Shown in pieces: positions 57,101-63,994 of a stretch of DNA of 64,000 nt. Positions within the stretch are counted from its first letter, which is position 1, and every line of letters begins with the position of its first letter. The stretch lies in IMG/VR virus record IMGVR_UViG_3300009285_016375, positions 1-64,000 of that record; one strand, 5' to 3'. The DNA is from a virus. The notes beneath the pieces were generated by a model. That model did no database searches and was not told the DNA's origin. It was given only the letters and a program-made list of their open reading frames with translations. A program made the translations under genes and the position numbers.

Positions 57101-60100
57101 GTTGCTGAAGCGGGATTTTCGGGGGCGGCACGAGGCGCGCACCGCCGCCTTAGTGAGCCACCCGGAGTGCGAAAACAATCTGGAGCGTTACCAGTTGCTG
57201 GTGATGAACCCGATGGGGCATTTGGGCCGGCAATGGGACAGTCCTTTGAGGGTCGGTTACGCGCTGGACAGCGGTTCGGTGGTGACCCGGGAAGACCTGG
57301 CCTTCCTGCGTTTGACCGAGCGCTTTGGCCAGGCGGTGCGACGGGAGATCACCGAGCAGGAAGCCGGCGAGCCGGGCCAGCGCTATCTGCGCGGGGGCGT
57401 GGAGCGCCAGCAGGGCGGTCAAGTGGTGAGCCGCAGCCTGAGTCTGGGCGTGGGCGACTACGCGCTGGCCCGCGTGCTGAACTGGGGCGGTTTTCTGAAC
57501 GCGCTCCGGGAACTGGCCGCGGCCTATCACGGCCCGGACCACAAGCTGCAAAGCGTGGGGGCGGAGACCAATTTGCGTTTGACTCAGGAACCCGCGGCCC
57601 TGGAAGCGGCGGCCGGCTGGCGGGTGGCGGCCTTTTGGAACGAGCACCTGGCCGATCTGGTGCGGCACGTGAGCGATGCCGGGCGGACCGACAGCGCGGT
57701 GTCCCGGCAGCCGCCTCTGATGCGGGCCGCCCTGGAGTTGCGGCGGCGTTGGGAAGTGGGCGAAACGGGCCGCCCGGCTGATTTGCAGGAACTGGTGGAA
57801 CAGTTGACGGCCGCCTTGCCGGTCAATTTCGATCCGGGTGTGCCGCGCGCCCGCTATGTGCGGGAGCAACTTTTGGCGGAACTGGCCGAGTATGGGCGCG
57901 GGGCGCTGGCGGCCGAGCAGGAAGTGGTGGCAGAAGTGAAGCGGGCCAGCGCCGAGGCGGAGTATGACCCGGTGCGCGTGTTCAAGAGCGAGTTCACCCA
58001 GGAAGCGGCCCGGCTGCGCCTGCCCTCGCGCTGGTATAACTACGGGGCAGTGCGGGAAGGGGAGTTCCATGACCTGGTGGCCCGGGCCTTGAGCGAGCGG
58101 GCCATCCAGTTCCGGGCGGCCTTGGACCGGACCGTGGATGGCATGCAAGCCCTGCGGGCTCAGGCGCGGGACGTGAGCCAGCCGGTGGCCTTTGAGTCTG
58201 CGCAATATCCCGATCTGCACAATTTCAGCCGGGCGTTGGCCAACTTGGAACGGCTCCAAGACCAAATGAAAGCCGCCGGGACCGCGCGGTTTCGGGAGCC
58301 GGGTTTTTGGCAGGAATTGTTTGGGTTCTTCCAGGGCGGGCTGTTGTCCGGGGTGGACGTGGGTTTTGGGAACGTGATTCTGAACGCGGGTTTTGCCGGC
58401 TGGGTGCTGGCGCACTTGCCGGGGCAAACCCGGCGGATGACGCTGGGCCGGGAGCTCGCCGGCTTGTTCCGGGGCGGGCTGGTGCTGGTGAATAATGTGC
58501 TGGAGCATACCGAGACAGGGCGCGCGCTGCGCCGCTTGTGGCCGGCCAGCCTGCGCGGGTTTTTGGCCGAGCAAGGGGCTTTGCTGGAGGAGGTGCAGCG
58601 GCTGGGCTTTTCGCACCGAGAACCGTTTCTGGCCGAGGCGCGGCGTTTGTGGCAACAGGCGCTTGAGTTTCGCGGCACGGAAGAGCAGCAGGAAGCCACG
58701 GCCTGGAGCCAGGCGGGCCGGCGCGTGCGGGCGGTGCTGCGGCTGGGATCAGCCGCCTTGCGCAAGGTGGGAGCCACCGCCTTGGGCGACTTGGCCACCA
58801 ACGCCACTCTGGTCGGGCAGGCCGGCATGGTGGCGGATGCCGTGCGGTCGATGGCCGGGCGTTACCAGGCGCGGGATTTGAGCCAACCCTTTAACGCGGC
58901 TGATCCTCTCTGGCAGGTCAGCGAAGCCGATGTGCCACACGCTTGGACGGCCCAAAGGAGCCAGCGCCTGGCTCTGTTGCGCCTGATTTTCGAGCGGGCC
59001 GACGTGAGTTTAGAGCGGGTGCTGTATCGCTACTCCAAGGCCGCTCAGGCCGCCGCGCGCACGGGCGGGGAAAGCCCCGAAGTCTTCACGCCCGAGGAGC
59101 ACGAGAAACTCAAGTTTGCCCTGCTGGCGTTGCTGAACCAACCCACCAGTGTGAGCCGGCAGTTCAAGGCGCAGTACGACCGGACGTTCAAGTTTTTGGT
59201 GACGTTCCAAGGTTGGGTGGCAAACGCCGCCAATACCTACGCCGAACTGTATCAGCAGACCGGGCGCACCCGGTCGCTGCCGCCGGCCGCGCGGGCCGCC
59301 ACGCATTTGCTGCCGTTGCTGGGCACCACGCTGCTCTTTGCGCTGGTGTTTGGCAGCATCAACCAGTGGTGGCGGCGCAAGGTGAAGAAGCATCTTTACG
59401 GCATTGACACCCAGGTGGCCAGCATTTTGGAACGGGACACTTGGTCCAGCCCCGGCACGGCGTTCCGGGGCGCGGCCGTGGGCACGCTGTCGGCCTTGCC
59501 GATTGCCGGCGATCTGGCGCTGAACTGGCTCAACGCCACCGTGGGCGGGCGGGGGTTTGATCCCGCCTCACGGGTGGTGGGCTTGAACCTGATGAGCAGC
59601 ATATTCTCAGCGTTCCGGGCCGCGGCCGGCCAGCCCTGGCCAGATAAGTGGATGATCCTGACCGATTTCATGGTGCGCCCGCACTTCGGGCTGAGCGGGC
59701 CGCTGCTCTATGCCGGCAGTCCGCGCTACCGCGGGCAGCGGGAGGTCTCGAATGTGCGCCGGTTGATCGAGGACAAGGCCCACACGGTGTTGGGCATCGA
59801 ACGGCGCCGGAGCGGCCAGCGCTGGGCCGGCAGCGATTTATCCCCGACCTACGCGATGCGGATGAAGATGGCCAGCGCGGCGGTGCGGGAGGATTGGGAG
59901 GAGTTCGGGCAGCAAAGCCAGCGGCTGGTGGAGTGGCACCGCCAAGCGGGGGCCGCCGAGCCGGCAAAAGCCGCCTTGCGCGATTTCCAGGCCATGCACC
60001 CGGTGGCGCGCGGGGCCGGACGCAAGCTGGAGGCCGAGGAATTTGCCCGGATCAGCAGCGCCCTGAGCGCCAGCCAGCGCCAGCAGGTGGACCACGCCAG

Positions 60101-60497
60101 GCAGGCCTGGGCGCAAGGCGAGACCCTCTTGGGCGCCGCTCAACCACGCAGCGCCATCCATGAAGCCCGCCCGGCCGGCCGGGCGGGCGGAGGAGGAGGG
60201 GGAACAGGAACGGGCGGGCAGGGCTGGGACGGCGTGAAACGGGTGCCAGCGCTGAGCGGGCAGAGCGGGCGCGGGCGGCGATTTGGACGCTTGGCCAGTC
60301 CCGTGCCGCGGGTGTTATCGACCCGGAGCGCGGTGTCCGTGGCCAGCCGGGTGGGCCGATCCTCCCGGCGTTGGGCGGGCCGGGTGCCGCCGATGAGCCT
60401 GAAATCACCCCGCCTGCGCGCGCCCAAAATGCGGCGTGCGCGCGGGGCGCGGCTGCCGAGATGGCCGCGGGGCACGGGCCGGGTGCGGATTTATTGA
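51126..60497 (+). CDS. giant (3123 aa) ejection / polyvalent protein
   Basis: Uninterrupted ORF; hydrophobic G/A-rich N-terminus with GLEEAAQ, an ART-like insert, an EEIGHH metallopeptidase-like motif, and a helical C-terminus. Confidence 0.75.
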   Translation: MGYKIIEPEPVLGRYRVIEPETNRPRYRVIEPDQLITPMGTPETPDDYSIPAEVGKGIVRGLARGVAAVPRFGGDVADAVRRWVGSSPEAPGPLDTAIGGRKSALSLLGDVIDETVAEALPARKPESFWLGVVPEAIGQVVPMAGAGLGAGLARKGAGLAAQMSAATAASTAVGFMAEFDDAFQRETERQQKAGENDPDLAFVKALNYGTIAAALEGRFGAGRLARKWVERFGGESINELAKRGVSGGMIGRFLGRTAGDAATQGLEEAAQRLAQNVIIEGPLLPPEKLMEGIGTEGGAGAVVGTLLGFPANIPRRGRIPVQRMPSRLPPESLAPGHVQSEALVELGVGPAPDERGRIPITTGNQYAIQKPSPAALPVGQTPQAGAPVEPDEETTGKDTGGVAPVWTPQATAAARQALRGNLQGRTVNVPQEQWAAPSVHLQYLFGAQAPTWNDLVAAGVLELTDPAAPAAPGDLGVRLKREQPANAPTEPAPAASPSLKVWKAGQTGIGRGGMQYFALSKELADKFSEGGEFGRPGAVVTETQLPEGSMVFDWKASTPEERIELKASSWIEPDGYPNWHWFENTPGIQAKLRELGYNGIKLSEGESNGLSIAILPESKPAAPAAVKAGELQGAVPPEAQPPELMTPDYSAPSVTQDFSPAPAPATANVTQLSDATMRPSAPRTADPGTGPTPSQQAAATGAGVILHNEQPEIELQLDELAQSIPFDPAATIAGPVWQDVSGQDFSSAESQRTLLAGARAEGVGGGGSRQATQQSHRLVVLTNRQDGSRHAASVYGSHRRVFATDPATGQGVPLDTLLPKWQPTHWFYSGPARNRYRLALSPAHFAALRAQGEAHQQKLDSYEAPSEVTGPAVPSEEGEEGEEGEGLPAKPKPSARKPIAEETKLGQVVASADLTFTLAQAEELHELLAWRPGDSEQDIRDALADNATARPVKNLLIAVSDKFYRNEYKALAAITDPAAKPAAKDAFDATVADRAGGLVAGLLGATDGRPGFASALAGALAPTETQRPTPERAAPGADTSQPEVAPGTPQPLTAQETAEAARLGVREVTVQTEAEALAAINGQRQASGQPTQAAQGTEGALAFYDHGVIYYVRGQLDDDALFREVRAEEIGHHILSGPQAQEVIGQIADDPAFGAEMEGMAQRYPRFEGESEGAYRLRLANELLAQSRRTDRNLFQRLLDWIVERLAQWPGMGEWIKGSASNRQGILRALMRRAEAGFSAAGPTAQAMAATISPQRQAEIIAAQAEADAARAGGRAQVPAREATLFHAAQVLRRGAEATLQLWRQAVTRLDTLRYHNKEYVRARKTLEALRSFLQTEYQKLSQGDRLVLNLPEKVPGILDGEFVNALQTLGVGTRSAEAGAGEFVIPADTEETAGRLSRPPGLGALDANRIRALQAEVQTENQARGYAALLQEQARLRVWRRWGTQFDLGEEYQQAWVSRQRAVEERMKRIRQGNPEAARRGQQMSRDRITRGEVGEFDQASEETWLSRLGEWQAQQRAYESGPVRRAFRQGLEGARALADQWQTRLATFEEAMADPTMPEDARRRLAGEVLASWRQMQAEQQRFENLYAGRAGLLKQMRQLEDQLASAKITQGEAEGLIGRAIAALSSEAERAWAVIPTGLERVLLDNAEAIRLAARRLAKLPAWQGTRNARAVFERLTEQGRILRQEPMGRPVMTGEPLVFAAELGLSEEAYTAMLWALEHSESFRDAVETLAELADQKLAEVPVVPVQRIAELLEAGQAEQAQAAFEQLRRKLGNQAVAAEKAQAPLTRQLLKLAVQVRALDLGRQLFQAVLGEPGQPQAELTRLVRQVIELTLDHPPMIEANGDGTTYHAFPGQPAVTVRAASWLSPTKTQRSVSQWYEQAAEYLAGFEAAELAQAANPGQPTAEQQGYDYGVVLGLREALEQQDSDTNHALLLDEDRYQMSRWQGWSQKFSYGQQIWTTITHAAGLGRGALHRWALALGRGQAIGSRLLKRDFRGRHEARTAALVSHPECENNLERYQLLVMNPMGHLGRQWDSPLRVGYALDSGSVVTREDLAFLRLTERFGQAVRREITEQEAGEPGQRYLRGGVERQQGGQVVSRSLSLGVGDYALARVLNWGGFLNALRELAAAYHGPDHKLQSVGAETNLRLTQEPAALEAAAGWRVAAFWNEHLADLVRHVSDAGRTDSAVSRQPPLMRAALELRRRWEVGETGRPADLQELVEQLTAALPVNFDPGVPRARYVREQLLAELAEYGRGALAAEQEVVAEVKRASAEAEYDPVRVFKSEFTQEAARLRLPSRWYNYGAVREGEFHDLVARALSERAIQFRAALDRTVDGMQALRAQARDVSQPVAFESAQYPDLHNFSRALANLERLQDQMKAAGTARFREPGFWQELFGFFQGGLLSGVDVGFGNVILNAGFAGWVLAHLPGQTRRMTLGRELAGLFRGGLVLVNNVLEHTETGRALRRLWPASLRGFLAEQGALLEEVQRLGFSHREPFLAEARRLWQQALEFRGTEEQQEATAWSQAGRRVRAVLRLGSAALRKVGATALGDLATNATLVGQAGMVADAVRSMAGRYQARDLSQPFNAADPLWQVSEADVPHAWTAQRSQRLALLRLIFERADVSLERVLYRYSKAAQAAARTGGESPEVFTPEEHEKLKFALLALLNQPTSVSRQFKAQYDRTFKFLVTFQGWVANAANTYAELYQQTGRTRSLPPAARAATHLLPLLGTTLLFALVFGSINQWWRRKVKKHLYGIDTQVASILERDTWSSPGTAFRGAAVGTLSALPIAGDLALNWLNATVGGRGFDPASRVVGLNLMSSIFSAFRAAAGQPWPDKWMILTDFMVRPHFGLSGPLLYAGSPRYRGQREVSNVRRLIEDKAHTVLGIERRRSGQRWAGSDLSPTYAMRMKMASAAVREDWEEFGQQSQRLVEWHRQAGAAEPAKAALRDFQAMHPVARGAGRKLEAEEFARISSALSASQRQQVDHARQAWAQGETLLGAAQPRSAIHEARPAGRAGGGGGGTGTGGQGWDGVKRVPALSGQSGRGRRFGRLASPVPRVLSTRSAVSVASRVGRSSRRWAGRVPPMSLKSPRLRAPKMRRARGARLPRWPRGTGRVRIY

Positions 60498-60542
60498 ATC
60501 CACTCCAGCAGCAGCACGATCAGGAACAGCAGGAGAACAAAC

Positions 60543-60947
60543 TTGTCGAACGACGTCATAGAGGTTCATGGTTCGAGGGTGCAGGTGACGCGTCAGGCGC
60601 TGGCCGCCGCCCTGGCCGAGGAACTGGAACGGGCGCTGGCGGGGTATCGGCCCTGCGCGTTGCTGCCCGCTTTCGTCTGGCGCCGCATTGCCAAGGCGGC
60701 GGTGCGCGCGCTTTTGCAACTGATCACGGAGTTCATTGGCCGCGGCCAGCCCATCGCGCTGCCGGGGTTCGGCTCCTGGCGCTTGATGCGGCGGGCGGCG
60801 CATCTGGGCACCTGCCCGGCGGCTTGGGGGCCGCACGGCCACCCCGCGCAGCGCGCCGAGCGCTATCTGGTGCCAGCCCACACCAAGGTGGTGTGGCGGC
60901 CGGCAGAGCGGCTGCGGCAGCGGTTGTTTCGGGTACAGGTGGAGTGA
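60543..60947 (+). CDS. HU/IHF-like DNA-binding protein
   Basis: GQPIALPGFGSW....RAAHLG...VPAHTKVVWRPAERLR matches the HU/IHF signature. The start codon is uncertain. Confidence 0.7.
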   Translation: MSNDVIEVHGSRVQVTRQALAAALAEELERALAGYRPCALLPAFVWRRIAKAAVRALLQLITEFIGRGQPIALPGFGSWRLMRRAAHLGTCPAAWGPHGHPAQRAERYLVPAHTKVVWRPAERLRQRLFRVQVE

Positions 60948-60975
60948 GAGCGAAACAACAAACAGCGCCCTTCTT

Positions 60976-61300
60976 GCCACAGCATTCGCCAAGTTGTTTG
61001 GTTGCTGCGAGGCGGCGCTCGTGACCGAGCCGAGCCGATGGCAGGCGCCCACAGCAATAAAGTCGCTTGGTTGCTGCGAGCAGTTCGGCGCCAGTAAGGC
61101 GGATGCCGCGCAGCGTCCCCACAGCATTCACCAAGTTGTTTGGTTGCTGCGAGGACGGTTTCCGCTGAAATGTCATGGCCCAGCAGGTCAGCCCACAGCA
61201 TTCGCCAAGTTGTTTGGTTGCTGCGAGGACGGAGCGGGCCTCGTCCACTTCGGGGTTCATTTGCCCACAGCATTCGCCAAGTTGTTTGGTTGCTGCGAGG
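60976..61300 (-). CRISPR. CRISPR mini-array, 5 repeats / 4 spacers
   Basis: Core CCACAGCATTCGCCAAGTTGTTTGGTTGCTGCGAG at 60977, 61049 (32-nt variant), 61119, 61193 and 61265, separated by unique 37-39 nt intervals. The strand is inferred from G-U pairing and the adjacent effector. Confidence 0.92.
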
Positions 61301-61419
61301 GCGGTGCCTGGGCAGGCTGTATCCTCGCGCTTGCAAACCGCGTTCCGCGAGTGCCTGGGCCGGCAAGCGTGCCCAACCAGACTCGCGCTGCGCTTTGTGG
61401 TAGCGCAAAGAATTGATTA
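61301..61419 (-). ncRNA. putative structured leader / tracrRNA-like scaffold
   Basis: Hairpins CGCGAGT...ACTCGCG (with inner TGGGC/GCCCA) and TGCGCT/AGCGCA, plus a short anti-repeat-like segment ATCCTCGCGC. Confidence 0.4.
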
Positions 61420-62661
61420 TCACGGCTCGCGAGCGGTGTCAAGGCTTTCCACCGCACCGGCGCACTCGCAAGCCATCCCAAACTCACGCAGCTTGTTGGC
61501 CAGCATGACCTGCAACTCGTGCCAGGGAAACTCAGGCAGATAACCGCCTTGAGTTTCATCATAGACAACCGTGTTGACGCCTTGGCGCTGAGCGAACTTG
61601 GCCAAGGCTGAGCAGGATTGCTGCATGAAAGATCGGACCCGACGATGATGCTTGGCCACTTGCGCCTGGCGGTATTCTCCCAACCGCGGCGGTTCGCCCA
61701 AGCGGACCTCGTATTTTGAGTCGTCGGAAAGCCGGTCCAACTGCCGGCGATGAGCAGCGATCCAGCGGCGGACGTGATCAGCGTGCAAGCGCCACGGTTC
61801 CCGCCCTTCCACCTCGGCGATCCAGAAAGCATCCGGCGCCCTGCTGAGCACCAGCCGGCGCTGAACCGGGGCCGGGCGCTGCGGTTTGGGCAGCCACGCC
61901 ACCAGCTTGACCATCACGTCGTAGCACTGGCGGGCGCCGCCACCGGCTGCCCGGTCTGGCAAGCCAGGCCGATGGGTGTTGCCAGAGACCCTTTTGCGGT
62001 AGAGGGCCAATTCGCCAGGCACGGCTTGGCCACTGACAATCTGCTCGAAGGCACCCAGTTGGCGGCGGAAGCCTGCCCCACCCCGCAACCGCAAACTGAT
62101 GCGCTCGCCGCCCAAACGCACTGAGACCACGGGCACGCGTTCGGTGTCCGAGAGCCAGCGCGCTTGCCAGGAGGCGTTGTGGGCGGGGTAGGGAACCGGG
62201 TAACGGAACCAGGGCAGGGTGGCGCTGCCCGACCAGATGGTGGCCCAGCGGGCGGAGTTGTATTTCTGTTGGGCCATTCGGGAAACGGCCGCCGCGGCTT
62301 GGCTTTCCATGTCCGGCCGCCGCTCACGAGCGATCTGATAGACGTTCAGCTTGGGGGCGGGCGGGAGCTTGGTCAGGCTGGGTGAGCGCACCACGTCGGC
62401 CTTGGCCAAGGCGGTCAGCACGGTGTTGGCCACTTCGGTGGCTTGAGCCCAGGCCGCGCCCAAGCGGGCGCGGAAGGCCGGCCAGTCCAGGCCGATGGGT
62501 GAAGCCACCGGGAAGGTGACGGCCCGCAGAATGTAGGCATGGCGCCAACAGGTCTGGCACCAAGGCTGGTCCTGATGGCGTTTCCAGCCGGCGGGCACGC
62601 GCTGGCGCCCGGCTTTGGTGGGTTTGGCGGCGGCTTCCCGGCCGCACAGGTGGCATTTCAT
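61420..62661 (-). CDS. nuclease-dead Cas12f/TnpB-family RNA-guided effector with N-terminal CxxC..CxxC
   Basis: Colinear similarity to AsCas12f1 as recalled (SPIGLDWPAF vs KPLDLDWKEF; IWSGSATLPWFR vs ILRGDMSIPSYK; QIVSG vs RILSG; GVNTVVYDE vs GCGTIQMED; WHELQVMLANK..EFGM vs YYDLQQKIIYK..EAGI). The RuvC-I GIDLG motif is absent and the TNB zinc finger and RuvC-III are missing. Confidence 0.8.
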   Translation of the reverse strand: MKCHLCGREAAAKPTKAGRQRVPAGWKRHQDQPWCQTCWRHAYILRAVTFPVASPIGLDWPAFRARLGAAWAQATEVANTVLTALAKADVVRSPSLTKLPPAPKLNVYQIARERRPDMESQAAAAVSRMAQQKYNSARWATIWSGSATLPWFRYPVPYPAHNASWQARWLSDTERVPVVSVRLGGERISLRLRGGAGFRRQLGAFEQIVSGQAVPGELALYRKRVSGNTHRPGLPDRAAGGGARQCYDVMVKLVAWLPKPQRPAPVQRRLVLSRAPDAFWIAEVEGREPWRLHADHVRRWIAAHRRQLDRLSDDSKYEVRLGEPPRLGEYRQAQVAKHHRRVRSFMQQSCSALAKFAQRQGVNTVVYDETQGGYLPEFPWHELQVMLANKLREFGMACECAGAVESLDTAREP

Positions 62662-63602
62662 AGCAGATGTCCGGTGAGTTTCTGCCGGCCTTCTTGGGCC
62701 AGGGGGGCGCGCACGTAATCCAGGCTCTGCCGCGGGCTGGCATGGCCCACTAAAGCAGCAATCTGTTCCGGGCTCAAGCCCGCCGCGCGGCAGTGCTCAA
62801 TAAAGGTGGCCCGCAGATCGTGAATGTTCAGATGCAACAGGCCCAGTTCGGCGCGCAGTGCCCGGAATTGCAGGCGCAAGGCTTTGGCCGGCACGCGCCG
62901 CACCCGTTCCGGGAAGACGAAACGCTCGCCGTTGGCCCCGTTGGCCCGCGGGATGGCTTGCAGGATAACCGCCAGAGGCGGGGCCAATGGAATGACCACG
63001 CGCTGGTGCTGCCGTTTCTTGGTCCAGACCGTGATCGTCCCAGCCTCCAGATCCAGGCTGTCCCATTCCAGGCATTGGACGTCCGAGGGGAAGCGCAAGC
63101 CCGCGTGGACGCAGAGGGCCAAGGCCGCCTGCCAAAATTCCCAGCGTTCCAGCCGCTGCCCGGCTTGGGCGCACTGGCCGGCGGCTTGCTGGGCGCGAGC
63201 GCGATCTATCCGGGCCTGGATGGCGGTGAAGAGGGCCTGCACCTGGGCCCGGCTGTAGGTGCCACGGGGGCGACTTTCGCGCAGGGCATGGGGCAGGGCC
63301 TCCAGGCGCAACTTGCGGAAGCGGGCGGGGTTGCCGTGCAGGAGGCCGGCGTCGCCGAGAAAATCGCACCAGTGTTGCAAGGCGGCCTTGCAGATCTGGC
63401 GGGTGGCCGCTTTCCAGGGCAGGGCGGGGTCCTCCAGGAAAGCGCGCACGCTGGGTTTTGTGATGTCCGAGAGCCGGGACGGCTGGGTGCGAGCCAGATA
63501 CCAGCCGACGTAGTTGGTGTAGATTTGGGCGGTGGAGGCGCGCACGTCGCCTTCCTGTTGCAGGTGGTCGGTCCAGCGTGCTAGGGCGTTCAGGGGTTTC
63601 AT
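62658..63602 (-). CDS. tyrosine recombinase/integrase
   Basis: N-terminal SAM-like domain (STAQIY); catalytic AGLR, K, HDLRATF, LVGH, DY. The start was chosen at MKPLNAL. Confidence 0.92.
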   Translation of the reverse strand: MKPLNALARWTDHLQQEGDVRASTAQIYTNYVGWYLARTQPSRLSDITKPSVRAFLEDPALPWKAATRQICKAALQHWCDFLGDAGLLHGNPARFRKLRLEALPHALRESRPRGTYSRAQVQALFTAIQARIDRARAQQAAGQCAQAGQRLERWEFWQAALALCVHAGLRFPSDVQCLEWDSLDLEAGTITVWTKKRQHQRVVIPLAPPLAVILQAIPRANGANGERFVFPERVRRVPAKALRLQFRALRAELGLLHLNIHDLRATFIEHCRAAGLSPEQIAALVGHASPRQSLDYVRAPLAQEGRQKLTGHLL

Positions 63603-63603
63603 C

Positions 63604-63629
63604 GCGGGTGCTGAGCTGGGTCGTTCGGC
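63604..63629 (+). repeat. attC right half-site or attI-like first core site, abutting the recombinase start
   Basis: GTGCTGAGCTGGGTC-GTTCGGC, with no left arm visible. Confidence 0.6.
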
Positions 63630-63630
63630 G

Positions 63631-63888
63631 TCAGATAATCCTCGCGCAGGCTTCGGACTCCGCGAGTGCGACAGCATCGTCAAGCGAGTCAGGTGCGGGA
63701 AAGACACCTACTCTCAGGAAGTTACCTTCCCGCGCGTACCAGTGTCCGGTTTTGACGGTTTTGCCGTCCGCAGGCTCCCAGCCGGGGAACGTATTGCGAA
63801 TCGCATCACGCGGGGTCATTGCCGCAATGGTCTTGCTTTCTTGCACATGTCCGATCCGGTAGTCTTGCAGTTGCACTATGTATGTCAT
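63631..63888 (-). CDS. hypothetical protein (antisense cassette gene)
   Basis: The ORF fills the interval between the core site at 63623 and the attC at 63907. Confidence 0.55.
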   Translation of the reverse strand: MTYIVQLQDYRIGHVQESKTIAAMTPRDAIRNTFPGWEPADGKTVKTGHWYAREGNFLRVGVFPAPDSLDDAVALAESEACARII

Positions 63889-63906
63889 ATTGTCTTTCCA
63901 TTGCCC

Positions 63907-63994
63907 GCCAAACAAGACACTGGAGCGGACGGCGGGGGGCCGCTTCAGCGAGCGGGGCGTTACGGGCGCCGCCGCTCAGTTCGGGTCGTTCGGC
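63907..63994 (+). repeat. attC site
   Basis: GCCAAAC...GTTCGGC; CTGGAGCGGACGGCG / CGCCGCCGCTCAG; the left arm is nearly identical to that of 1336-1427. Confidence 0.85.

Noticed and set aside
27500-60400. Numerous long minus-strand ORFs opposite the structural genes (e.g. 39390-41390, 32261-33844, 57150-58655)
   Set aside because: These are shadow ORFs caused by high GC3 codon bias, with no recognisable motifs.
61420-62661. Active TnpB/IS605 transposon, Cas12k CAST or TIGR-Tas system
   Set aside because: The RuvC catalytic motifs are lost. There is no TnpA or TnsB/TnsC/TniQ and no recognisable Nop domain, and the array has a single repeat type with ~37-nt spacers.
62658-63707. Calling the recombinase IntI, or using the longer ORF start at 63707
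   Set aside because: No IntI-specific insertion is visible. The upstream extension overlaps the neighbouring gene and an attC arm, so the ATG at 63602 is more plausible.
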